DNA of 64,000 nucleotides from IMG/VR virus record IMGVR_UViG_3300041416_000287, positions 1 to 64,000 of that record; one strand, 5' to 3'. Shown piece by piece: positions 39,232 to 48,815 of this stretch (position 1 is its first letter; each line of letters starts with the position of its first letter). The notes under the pieces were generated by a model. It saw only the letters and a program-made list of their open reading frames with translations, ran no database searches and was not told where the DNA came from. The position numbers and the translations under genes were made by a program.

Positions 39232-40833
39232 ATGAGCTCCGGTGGTAAAATTGGCGCCTACTATCAGTGTTATCGGCAACTTACCGCCGCCAAAGAGGTA
39301 ATTACTGCCTATCGGAAATTCTTCCCAACTAACACCCTAGTTCTAATCAATGACGCTGGGGATGAGCAGCATCGTGAATTGGATAAGAGTCCTTACTGTA
39401 AATATGTTCAAGCGACCGAGAATGTTGGCTATCCTGGTGGGAAACTTCATCATGAACAGATCATCCGTTGGATGAAGCGATTCTTCACGTATGTCAACCT
39501 GATTGAGGAGGATTGGTTCTTCCTGCTGGAAGATGACGTATTTGTGATGAAGACCGTCGATGAAAAGACGCTGCAATATGATATTTGTGGTATTAATCCT
39601 CGTAATCTACTTCCTTGGCCTAGCGTGAATATGGTCCGAGAGCGTGGTTATCATAAGGATGCTCAATATCTCATTTATGGCGCTATGGGTGGCGCCATCT
39701 TCCGCACATCGTTCTTCAAAGCGATGGGACAACGTTGGGATGAAGTGGAACGTGATCTCAATCGCTTTGGTGAATTATGTCCGCAAAGTTTAACAGGTCA
39801 AAATTGGTATTACAGTGACGTAGTGCTTTCTTTCCTAGCTTATCTATATGGAGGGACTTTGGGAATGTATCCAGAATTCGCAGAACTTTGGTTCCAAGAT
39901 CTACCGAAACGTTTGGCTGAGAACCAAGTAGGCTGTTTGAATCAATATAAGTTCCTGTACAATTATCCCATTCATCCTCATCTCACGACTCTAGATACCA
40001 CCAAATATACTATTGTGCTTCCCGTAGCTGGAACCGGACCTAATTTCGAGTTATTTGTCGATCAGCTTTTGCCCCGATACCATAAGTATCTAGATCCTTC
40101 AGAAGTTGGATCATTCGTTGTTGTATGCCCGGGAGCACATCTCGAAACCGTTAGGAGTAAATTTGGTGAAACTACGGGGTTACCATTCACCTTCGTAGCT
40201 GAGGAGTCACTAGTATCATTGCGAGTTGATGATTGGATTCGTCGTCAAATCATGAAGTTGTCCATTTGCTCCCAGATTCAGACTGAGTATTACCTTACAC
40301 TAGAAGAAGATATGATTCCGACTCAGCCATTACGATTCGCTGATTTCTTTGATGAGAAGGGCCGTATTCGATATTCACGGGAGACAACTCCGGGTGGGAT
40401 TAATGCTAACTTCCATCAATCGTGGTGGATAACAACACTGGCCTTTAACAAAGTTGGAAATCCCCTCGAGTTGGTGAAGTCCACTAATTTACCAGGATTG
40501 GCGCCGCAATTATTCACAACTCGCATTGTTCACCAAATGCTCCATTCATTGGAACTGAATTGGATGATGGGAATGGTCGTGTTCCGAGCTCCGGCCCATT
40601 GCTTATATTGGATTTATTTACTCAAAACCTTACGAACCCATTATCACATTATTTCGGATAAATTATTTGCCATTAGCGCGGAAGTGAATGTTATGGAGGC
40701 TAATCTCACAGCCCAACAATTCAAGGAGAAGCTGCAACGAGGATTGAAGGAAAAGCAACATACTTTCCTTCAAGTCCAACGAGAATTCGGTTATCCTAAA
40801 GCCTGGATAACATCAGCTTTAGCTGATGTCTAA
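39232..40833 (+). CDS. two-domain putative glycosyltransferase (GT-A-like + DUF6492-like)
   Basis: LINDAG, FFLLEDD in the first domain; WIRRQIMKL..., YYLTLEED and YWIYL in the second. Confidence 0.65.
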   Translation: MSSGGKIGAYYQCYRQLTAAKEVITAYRKFFPTNTLVLINDAGDEQHRELDKSPYCKYVQATENVGYPGGKLHHEQIIRWMKRFFTYVNLIEEDWFFLLEDDVFVMKTVDEKTLQYDICGINPRNLLPWPSVNMVRERGYHKDAQYLIYGAMGGAIFRTSFFKAMGQRWDEVERDLNRFGELCPQSLTGQNWYYSDVVLSFLAYLYGGTLGMYPEFAELWFQDLPKRLAENQVGCLNQYKFLYNYPIHPHLTTLDTTKYTIVLPVAGTGPNFELFVDQLLPRYHKYLDPSEVGSFVVVCPGAHLETVRSKFGETTGLPFTFVAEESLVSLRVDDWIRRQIMKLSICSQIQTEYYLTLEEDMIPTQPLRFADFFDEKGRIRYSRETTPGGINANFHQSWWITTLAFNKVGNPLELVKSTNLPGLAPQLFTTRIVHQMLHSLELNWMMGMVVFRAPAHCLYWIYLLKTLRTHYHIISDKLFAISAEVNVMEANLTAQQFKEKLQRGLKEKQHTFLQVQREFGYPKAWITSALADV

Positions 40834-40856
40834 GCATTAGCTGACATATAATATCA

Positions 40857-41165
40857 CTAGTAACTGGTGTATAACAGTCTAAAATATGGAGGAAAGAGAT
40901 AAATGGCTAGCTCTTGCCGAGTCACCGTCCGGAATGGATCCTCGATTATCTCAGGAAACTGCGATGGGGATCTTTCTTCCGTGGAGACAAAGGATAGTTT
41001 GCAAATCAAGGCACAAGGCTGTATAATCGACATCAAATGCCAGCCCGGTCGGACATCCTGTGTTCGAACTATTAGTTGCCCCGGAATGGAATCATTAATA
41101 GCCAACCATGACTGGGAGAAGCGGTATAACTTCACCTTCAGGTAAAAATGTCTTGCTTGAGACAT
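40857..41165 (-). CDS. hypothetical protein
   Basis: ORF with AAAATG start. Confidence 0.45.
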   Translation of the reverse strand: MSQARHFYLKVKLYRFSQSWLAINDSIPGQLIVRTQDVRPGWHLMSIIQPCALICKLSFVSTEERSPSQFPEIIEDPFRTVTRQELAIYLFPPYFRLLYTSY

Positions 41166-41183
41166 TTTTTATAATAGAACCGC

Positions 41184-41456
41184 TTAGACGTGGAAATGTT
41201 CAGACTTGGGGTTGCGGTGGAAGATGGTTCGCGGACCGACATGGTAATCCGGGTCATCCTTTCCGGGTCGGTGCTCCACGTAAACATAATCCTTCTCGCG
41301 GAGCTGTTGCCGACGTGCAAGATCGATGGCTTCATCCCGGGTTCGGCAGGTGCGAATGACGTCGCGACGATAGTCGATGGTGATACCCTTCTCATTATCA
41401 TTGGTCCGGGAAGGATAGTGCAGGTAAACAGTGTAAGGAGGATTGATTGCCGCCAT
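41184..41456 (-). CDS. hypothetical protein
   Basis: ORF. Confidence 0.45.
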   Translation of the reverse strand: MAAINPPYTVYLHYPSRTNDNEKGITIDYRRDVIRTCRTRDEAIDLARRQQLREKDYVYVEHRPGKDDPDYHVGPRTIFHRNPKSEHFHV

Positions 41457-41571
41457 ATTAAACCTATCAAGTGAGTGAGTCTGATGCTATTAGTATAATT
41501 GTTGAATATATAAACAATTGTATAACGTATGGTGCAAATTTTAATCCTTCTACAAAGACGATAGCTCTGAC

Positions 41572-42213
41572 ATGGCTGGACTTATTCCTTTACTAAATTC
41601 CCAAGCCCCTGAAGAGGCAGTAATTATTCCACTATGGTTACGAGACACTTACGCTCGTATTACCCCGACACCCATCTATGATCTAGCCGGATTCGTCACT
41701 GAGGATATTCAGAGTAGCGTAGCGGCCCGAGACGCCCTCCAACAAGAAGTCGCCGGAACTAGTTCAGACTTATTCCGGTCTGGCGCCGATATTTTCTCCT
41801 ATTTGAGTGAGCACCTTGACCTATGTGGCCAAACTATTACATTTGTCATTATCGGCTTGAGAGATTTATATTGGACCAATCGAGATAACCTGTCTCGGGA
41901 GGAAATCGATAAATTACACGTTGCACTACGGTATCCTCTCCCTAACTTCAAGAATATTTTTGAATACAAGAATTTAGACTCCCAGCGAGGAGTTATTCCG
42001 GTTCCCCTATACCAACTCTTTGGGACGATTACCGCCTTTAGTGTCATTCATGTTCCCGTGAAATATTTTATTGCGGCCCTGAATGCACAACAACCGTTGA
42101 GGGTGGCGTTATCGGGAACTAATATCGTAATAGAGTTACAATACAGGCCATATGATTTTTGGGATCCTGGTTCTGAGTCATTAATTAACCATATTGAATT
42201 GTCACGATGTTAG
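41572..42213 (+). CDS. hypothetical protein
   Basis: 213-aa ORF followed by a hairpin. Confidence 0.6.
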   Translation: MAGLIPLLNSQAPEEAVIIPLWLRDTYARITPTPIYDLAGFVTEDIQSSVAARDALQQEVAGTSSDLFRSGADIFSYLSEHLDLCGQTITFVIIGLRDLYWTNRDNLSREEIDKLHVALRYPLPNFKNIFEYKNLDSQRGVIPVPLYQLFGTITAFSVIHVPVKYFIAALNAQQPLRVALSGTNIVIELQYRPYDFWDPGSESLINHIELSRC

Positions 42214-42276
42214 GTAGACATATGCATACATATGTTTACATTATTATTTCAACGTCACCAAAGACTACCTACGGTT

Positions 42277-43599
42277 ATGTCACAACAATTTACCAGCTCG
42301 CCGCAACTTACCATTTATTCCAATAGCGGACATATGGTGAGGCAAGTCCAACCGGATAACCGAGTAATTCCAGTACCCAAATCTATCGATGTTAGTTCTA
42401 TCGTTGCGCTAACTCCGGATGGAGCAACCGTTTCAACTGGATTCCTCCCCGAGAAGTCAGTAAGTGAGTCCTTAGTCAAGTCATCAGTTCCGATTCACGC
42501 CGTAGTGGTGAAACGGGATCAACGAATTAGAGGCATTATTGTCGAGCTCGATGCCACTAACGTCACTGTATGGGCAGAAGACGGGTCTGGTGTCATAATG
42601 ATTCGAGATTATGACCAAGTACTGGCTGGAATTCCCGTGACTACCACTATTCGGAAGCAGCCGTTAATCTTCATCGGTCAAGTCACCACACCAGTGATGA
42701 TCAGCTATCTATTCTCGGATGTCAGCTGGACGTGTGTTGGGACAGCTGTCATCAATCAATCCCATGATAGTATGCGGCTATACTTAGCCGGACATGTCAC
42801 TAATAACACGGGGGAACCGATTGATGCTGATATTTTCCTGGTTAGTGGAACGGTTAATCAAAGGCGTCCTCGCTACTTTGCTGGGACCACAATGATGGCT
42901 GCCGAATCATCGGGACCAAGTCAGGCGGTTACTATTGGTGCTCTGGAAGAATATGTCAGATACAACTTACATCGTTTGATAATTGAGGATCAGGTAGTTA
43001 TCAATCTTGGTGTTATGACAATCCCAGTCGTTAAGGTGTATCAACATCGAGTTGGAGATGAGGATGTGTATTTCGGGTATAGTTTCGATACACCCGACTA
43101 CATTCCGCAGTGTCTAATCAATGCTTATGCGGCCGATGCCCAATCAGGAATTGGCTCTTTTCTGGGATCAAGTCAGATTAGCGAGCATCAGAAGGGACAA
43201 GACGTTGACTTTATCCTGGGTCAAACGACTAAAGTCCAAGCCCAGAGTCAAGTAGTGCGAGTGTCGGACACTATTGTGACCAGTGAGATTATTAGGCAAC
43301 AAAGTCTGGAGTTAAATGAAGAAGAGCAACGTCTTACTAGGATACCCATCGAGGAACACAAATTGCATTTGGTGATTGAGGAACTCACGGCCGATATTTC
43401 TAATTACAACGAATCATCAGTCTTTTTCGGCCTGAGATATGATCTCCGAGGTCGTCGACTGTTCAGGAGCACTTGCCAGCCCGCTGATAAGCAAAAACCT
43501 GGAATGTTAGAGTGGTTCTTCAAACTGGAGCCCGGAACCAGGGATAAACCAAGTAAAGCGCAATTCGACTGTACTATTACCACCATAGGCTACTATTAA
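42277..43599 (+). CDS. DUF4139-like protein
   Basis: LTIYSN, ISYLFSDVSW, GHVTNNTGE, LVSG, EEYVRY, DFILG. ATG 42277 or 42232. Confidence 0.65.
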   Translation: MSQQFTSSPQLTIYSNSGHMVRQVQPDNRVIPVPKSIDVSSIVALTPDGATVSTGFLPEKSVSESLVKSSVPIHAVVVKRDQRIRGIIVELDATNVTVWAEDGSGVIMIRDYDQVLAGIPVTTTIRKQPLIFIGQVTTPVMISYLFSDVSWTCVGTAVINQSHDSMRLYLAGHVTNNTGEPIDADIFLVSGTVNQRRPRYFAGTTMMAAESSGPSQAVTIGALEEYVRYNLHRLIIEDQVVINLGVMTIPVVKVYQHRVGDEDVYFGYSFDTPDYIPQCLINAYAADAQSGIGSFLGSSQISEHQKGQDVDFILGQTTKVQAQSQVVRVSDTIVTSEIIRQQSLELNEEEQRLTRIPIEEHKLHLVIEELTADISNYNESSVFFGLRYDLRGRRLFRSTCQPADKQKPGMLEWFFKLEPGTRDKPSKAQFDCTITTIGYY

Positions 43600-43638
43600 A
43601 TCGCTTCCCCCGAACATAAGCCCAAGGTATTGTTGACC

Positions 43639-43662
43639 CATATTCGATGGCCATCGAATATG
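43639..43662. terminator. 24-bp perfect palindrome after a stop codon
   Basis: catattcgatggccatcgaatatg. Confidence 0.6.
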
Positions 43663-43745
43663 CATGCTGGCTCACCACCCAATGATTAATATAGTATTAC
43701 TCACATTTAGTAGCTTCAGCAAGCAATCTTATAATCCTTAGGTAA

Positions 43746-44186
43746 ATGGATACTACTGTTCTCACCGTGATACGGTTGAGTTTTGTGTTTATTTTTGTAA
43801 TAACTCTGACCATCATAGTTCAGTCCACTGCCAATCGAATTATGAAGTGGATTTCTGATTCCTTCGTAGGATCAGACTTTCCCCAGAGATTAACCATACT
43901 TATGATACTTTTATTGTATATCGTATTTGCTGCCATATTGATTGATATCTTTATTTGGACGGCAGTCATATTAGTTGCTGGTCTTTTCACGGACTTTCTG
44001 CAAGCCTTCTCCTTTGCGGCATTTAACTTCACTACCACTGGAACTGACGTCGTACTGGCTCCGCCCTGGGAATATCTCGGCGGTGTAATAGCCGTAAATG
44101 GTATCGTCATTATTGCATTTGCCGGGGCCGCCATGTTTGGTCTTATGTATAGGGACCAAACAGAGCAAAATAATGAGAGTAACTAA
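43746..44186 (+). CDS. potassium-channel-like (ion_trans_2) membrane protein with atypical filter
   Basis: FLQAFSFAAFNFTTTGTDVVLAPPWEYLGGVIAVNG parallels AFYFS..TYTTLGYGD.V....WR.LG...A.NG. Confidence 0.7.
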   Translation: MDTTVLTVIRLSFVFIFVITLTIIVQSTANRIMKWISDSFVGSDFPQRLTILMILLLYIVFAAILIDIFIWTAVILVAGLFTDFLQAFSFAAFNFTTTGTDVVLAPPWEYLGGVIAVNGIVIIAFAGAAMFGLMYRDQTEQNNESN

Positions 44187-44235
44187 ACGACTATTAACCA
44201 CTACAACCCGAAAAGATTTTGTTCGATGTATATAA

Positions 44236-45051
44236 ATGCGTCTGTCGGTGAATAGCCAACCGCTTGCGGAAAATATGTGGTATCCACGGAGTGACCTAGC
44301 TAGCTTACAAATCGATTGGGATGCGCGGGCGCGCACTCACTATACTCTTGTTATGTATGATGTGGATGCGCCAACGCCGGCAAATCCGTCGAATTCGCCA
44401 TTTGTTCACCTCCTAGTTGAGGACATTCCCGGGGGTGGAGCCGCCATTGGTCAAGGCAAGGCTTATTTCCCTTATGAACTGCCGGCTCCTCCTACCAATG
44501 AAGCTCATCGCTATGTGATTGCTCTTTATCACCGTGGACGTCAAACTCATCTTCCTAAGCAATTTGCTGGCCGCGCTCGATTTGACCTTAATCAACTTGT
44601 CTCCGCTGATCACCTCGAGCTCGTTGACAGTAAGGTACTAGTGGTTGACCCGGCTGAGAGTGCTTTCTATGCTATGTCGATGCCCTCCACAGTTGAGGCT
44701 AGTATCTCAGTGAATCCGGCACATCCTTACATCATGGCCGGCTCATCTCTTTCTGAACGTGAACAGGCCTTCTGCGATTGTTTGGTGGAAGTTGCGGCTA
44801 AGCAGCCCGATGAGTGCAACCTTGAGCGCGCCGCCTATCAGACTATTGAGGGTCACGTCTGCGTAGATCCGTTCCGTATTTGCGCCCGAACTATTCACAC
44901 TACTACTCGTCGATGCATGCAGAGCTATGAGTTCTCGGCCATGGATGATGTTCAATTACGCTCGATCGCCAATCTTCATGGTCTTGAGGCTCCAGAGAAT
45001 GCTGAGCGAGGTGCTGTTCTTAGCCAAATTACGGCTAAGTACCCTCGTTAG
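44236..45051 (+). CDS. PEBP/RKIP-family domain plus C-terminal Cys-containing domain
   Basis: YTLVMYDVDAP, PFVHLLVEDIP, PAPP...HRYVIALY; C-terminal FCDCL...CVDPFRIC. Confidence 0.85.
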   Translation: MRLSVNSQPLAENMWYPRSDLASLQIDWDARARTHYTLVMYDVDAPTPANPSNSPFVHLLVEDIPGGGAAIGQGKAYFPYELPAPPTNEAHRYVIALYHRGRQTHLPKQFAGRARFDLNQLVSADHLELVDSKVLVVDPAESAFYAMSMPSTVEASISVNPAHPYIMAGSSLSEREQAFCDCLVEVAAKQPDECNLERAAYQTIEGHVCVDPFRICARTIHTTTRRCMQSYEFSAMDDVQLRSIANLHGLEAPENAERGAVLSQITAKYPR

Positions 45052-45176
45052 AATTTCACTACGACGAAAGGTCATGAACTAAGTTCGAATCAAAGTACAC
45101 ATACTTATGTTAGGTACGTGTTTTTTATCATCTTTAGATATCCGACAACGATACTGAGCAGAGCTCAACATCTAAG

Positions 45177-48100
45177 TCAGATGTTCTCTAGGGTTGGGCG
45201 AACAACTTGGTAACTGCCATCGGCGAACCTACGCACAATGTATAGCTGGATCACTCCCGCCTTGTATTCCATAATCGAGATCTTAACGGGATCCGTTTCA
45301 TCTCCGACTTGAACCAAGGGAGGAGCATCATTTGACAGCTGAGTGGCACGAGTTCCAATAATACGAGCTCGCTCGAATTTGGTAATCTTGGTGATTGGCC
45401 CCTGATGAACTACGGGCAGCTTGATGTCATAAGTAATAGTCGTGTCAGTAACGGGGGGACCCTTCACGTAAGTCGGATCAGGGGTCGGCAAGATGATTTC
45501 GGGGGCTCCCTTAACTTCTTCAGCCATCTCACGCCGGGCTGCCACAATGCCGTCATTCGTATCCTTGGGGACCCAACCCCGCTTCATGTTCAACTCCATC
45601 ACCACACTCTTGAGATCGATGAAGCTTGAAAATTCAGGTTTCCCGGGCGTGTCAACAGCCAACATCTCACCGATATCATAACCGGCATTGTACATAGGTG
45701 CGAACAGCGTGCCAATAGTGTTTCGAATCGACCCATCATAGCCAATGATAATGTTCTCGAAGGCCTTGATCATACGATGCTGCATGGCCCCGGTTTCTGA
45801 AGTCTTTAGGGCCGTATCCAATAGACCTTCACGACCACCGGCTTGGAGGAAGAATAACCCTTCAGGACTAAGACCAGTAAAGAAAGAAGGGGCGATGAAA
45901 GCATTAGCCTCAGGATTGTTATCGTCCTCATCATAGGTTGGAAGTAAACGCTTTCCGCCAGTAAGAGTGGGTTTCAGGCGTTCACCACGGTAGTATTGCT
46001 GGCCGACCGAACCCATCATCTGACCAATGTTGGCGACGCCACCCTTAGTGCCAGCACCCTGATCAGTCATGACACCGATGGAGTTATCGCCAGACAGCAC
46101 ATCCTTAGCCAAACGCAGGCCGATACCCTGAGCTACATTCACGAGGTTATTAATCTGTCGCTGACGGAAGGACTCTTCGATAGGATCATCCAGCTTTCCA
46201 CCGAGCGCCTCAAGCTGAACATAAATCTTGGCTAACTCTTGCTCCAAGACGCGCTTATTCTTATCATATTCCTCACCGGTGGCTTCATCAATGGCTAGGT
46301 TCACCATATCGAGAAGACCGACAGAGAATCCTCGCTCGATCAACCATTTGCCCACTACCCACGGAGCATCGGTGAAGAAGTCGGCCGTACGCTGGGAGTC
46401 ATACTTCTTATATAGTTCTTGGATAATAGAACGATGGCTAGTACCAACATGAGATTTCTTGAGCCGACCTGAAATGAGGACGCCCTCAATGATTTGCACT
46501 CCCTTCCAGCTATAGTAGAAATCGGCGGGAAGCATGGCACTCAGAATGGCTTGCCCAGAGCGTGGATGGATGCCATATTTCACCAAGCGAGCATACAATG
46601 TACGAAGCACGTCCTGGTTCGTGATCAGCGTAAGTAACTCAGCAAAGAGATCATCATCAATACGGGTCTTAGAATCACTCAGAAGGAAAACACCGGTGAT
46701 GCTGTTCATGACGAGGCCCATAATGGGGCGATTCTGCTCGGAGGACATGATATTCTCCTTCACGTTCATTAGAATCTCCGCCTCCGCTTCGACTTCGAAA
46801 TCTTGCGGGCTCCAGATGTTGTTCTCATCACCATCGAAGTCGCAGTTCATGGGCGTAGTGTACGATAGATGCAGGCCGATAGTGAGTTGATCTCGTAGCA
46901 CAACCTCATACGCCATCACCGACTGGCGATGTAGAGTCGGCTGACGATTATTGACAACCCAATCCCCATCTTGTAGCCAGCGCTCCACAATATCGCCAAT
47001 TTGCAACCGATAACGATATTTCGGATCATAGTACTTCCGCAGGCCAGTGCGTTTTGATGTGATGTGAGTGATTCGACTAGCTTCAAGCAGAGCCGTAAGA
47101 TTATGAATGTTGACTTTAGTCACCTTTGCTTTCTTCGTGAGGACCGGGGCCCACGCTCTCGGAATACCGATTTGACCATATCGTAAAGAGGGATCAGGAC
47201 CAGCCACCGTACGAGCACAGTAATTATCGCGCTTACCCATGAGCAGGCCACGGAGCAGTGCATTCTTGCCCTGGATTCGTTCGACAATCGACAGAAAGTC
47301 CCTCATACCCATCTTCTTCCCTTCGGTCTTGAAGATCAGTTGTTTAACGAACGTGTACAATTCAGCGACGGCGCCTGGTTTGGCAGCAGCAATATTGAGC
47401 ACTTTGCGCATGATACACACATACATGTGCGTAAGCTGGTCATGATGCATAGAACCGCCCTCATGGACTGGGGGTCGAGCAATCACTGGGGGAACCAGAA
47501 TACCGCGCAAAATCATGTTGCGGGGGTGGCTGCCGGTAGTAAATCCCAATGCTTTCAAAGCGTCTTCAGACAAAGAGTCCAATATACCGAGAACTGCTTC
47601 ATATGATCGCTGGCGAGTGGTAACTATGTGAGGTACACCTTCTGCAGTCTTCTCTTCTGTTAACAATCCAACACGCCGTAATTCTGCTTCGGGAGCCATG
47701 TCTAGAATTCTCAGGACCACCTCGGCTCCATATTGACGATGATAGCAAGGGAATCCGAGCAAGTAGGAATCTTTGGGAGAAATGCGATCCAAAATGCTGA
47801 TCACAGTCTCAATGGGCATGAGGTGAATCGGATCCTCTTTAGTGACCTTCTTACTGCCCTTCTCAGGAACCTTGAACGTGATTTCACCTTTCTCCTTGAC
47901 ATCGCCAATCATGAAGGTAGGATTCTTGGCACAGGGAACGAGCGTACCGCCTCCGAGTTGAGGCTTCTGCCGCAAACACTCGTGGTTCTCACAATAGCTA
48001 GCGGTCGCGGCCAGGCGTTTGTCATAACTCTTCTGCAGTAGTCCCTGTTGTCGCATGAGATCTTCGGGAATTAGAAGTCCACCACAGTCATTGCACACAG

Positions 48101-48629
48101 AAGTCAACACCAGGACTGTTTCATGAATGAAAGCTGGATTGTAGATTGGGTGCCGAAAATCGATCAGCCCATAATGACCCGGGCAATCAATCTGCGAACA
48201 GTATTGGCAAGAATAACTCAAACTCACGACGCCCATGCGCGGATCATTTACAGATCCTACGCCCTGAAAATTCAGATTGACAACTTTAATTGGGCCCGCA
48301 ATCCGTTGCATGTCATCCCAAGAGTACAATGAAATAGCCGACTTCGTGATAGTAAGGAGTGGTAACTCGGCTTCTTTCTTGGCTGTTTCAGTGAGAATTT
48401 CATCACGCTGCTTCTTGGTTATGACGACGGCATTTTCTGGCTGTGAGAGCAGCGGAATTGCCTGTTGTGGAACCATTCCGACGGCAAATTGTTGTTGTGT
48501 CAAGGGTCTTCCTCCGGCGCCGGCGGGGGCAGCTGTTACTGGTACAGCTGGGACCCTAGCTCCCGGTTGTCGAATTCCTCCCATCAATCCAGGCGCGGTT
48601 AATTGTTGTTTGGGTGGGTTTCCTGCCAT
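45177..48629 (-). CDS. rpb1: RNA polymerase largest subunit, N-terminal (A'-like) part, fused to Rpb6/RpoK
   Basis: DPRMG, CPGHYG, GKRDNYCARTV, NRQPTLHR, active site NCDFDGDE, bridge helix GREGLLDTALKTSETG; then Rpb6 ITKFERARIIGTRATQLSNDAP...IVRR. Confidence 0.95.
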   Translation of the reverse strand: MAGNPPKQQLTAPGLMGGIRQPGARVPAVPVTAAPAGAGGRPLTQQQFAVGMVPQQAIPLLSQPENAVVITKKQRDEILTETAKKEAELPLLTITKSAISLYSWDDMQRIAGPIKVVNLNFQGVGSVNDPRMGVVSLSYSCQYCSQIDCPGHYGLIDFRHPIYNPAFIHETVLVLTSVCNDCGGLLIPEDLMRQQGLLQKSYDKRLAATASYCENHECLRQKPQLGGGTLVPCAKNPTFMIGDVKEKGEITFKVPEKGSKKVTKEDPIHLMPIETVISILDRISPKDSYLLGFPCYHRQYGAEVVLRILDMAPEAELRRVGLLTEEKTAEGVPHIVTTRQRSYEAVLGILDSLSEDALKALGFTTGSHPRNMILRGILVPPVIARPPVHEGGSMHHDQLTHMYVCIMRKVLNIAAAKPGAVAELYTFVKQLIFKTEGKKMGMRDFLSIVERIQGKNALLRGLLMGKRDNYCARTVAGPDPSLRYGQIGIPRAWAPVLTKKAKVTKVNIHNLTALLEASRITHITSKRTGLRKYYDPKYRYRLQIGDIVERWLQDGDWVVNNRQPTLHRQSVMAYEVVLRDQLTIGLHLSYTTPMNCDFDGDENNIWSPQDFEVEAEAEILMNVKENIMSSEQNRPIMGLVMNSITGVFLLSDSKTRIDDDLFAELLTLITNQDVLRTLYARLVKYGIHPRSGQAILSAMLPADFYYSWKGVQIIEGVLISGRLKKSHVGTSHRSIIQELYKKYDSQRTADFFTDAPWVVGKWLIERGFSVGLLDMVNLAIDEATGEEYDKNKRVLEQELAKIYVQLEALGGKLDDPIEESFRQRQINNLVNVAQGIGLRLAKDVLSGDNSIGVMTDQGAGTKGGVANIGQMMGSVGQQYYRGERLKPTLTGGKRLLPTYDEDDNNPEANAFIAPSFFTGLSPEGLFFLQAGGREGLLDTALKTSETGAMQHRMIKAFENIIIGYDGSIRNTIGTLFAPMYNAGYDIGEMLAVDTPGKPEFSSFIDLKSVVMELNMKRGWVPKDTNDGIVAARREMAEEVKGAPEIILPTPDPTYVKGPPVTDTTITYDIKLPVVHQGPITKITKFERARIIGTRATQLSNDAPPLVQVGDETDPVKISIMEYKAGVIQLYIVRRFADGSYQVVRPTLENI

Positions 48630-48815
48630 GTTTAGATAAGGTTATATTTGATATGGAGAGAGAGATGCGTTTAGTTGCTAACTATCTCACCAGTTTTGTG
48701 GTGAGATCGCGGGTAGCCCTCTCAGATAGGGGACGAATTAGCATGTAATTAGTAAGCACAGCTGGATATTAATGTGTCACTAAGCCCTTATAAATTTATC
48801 TCAGACCTCATATAA

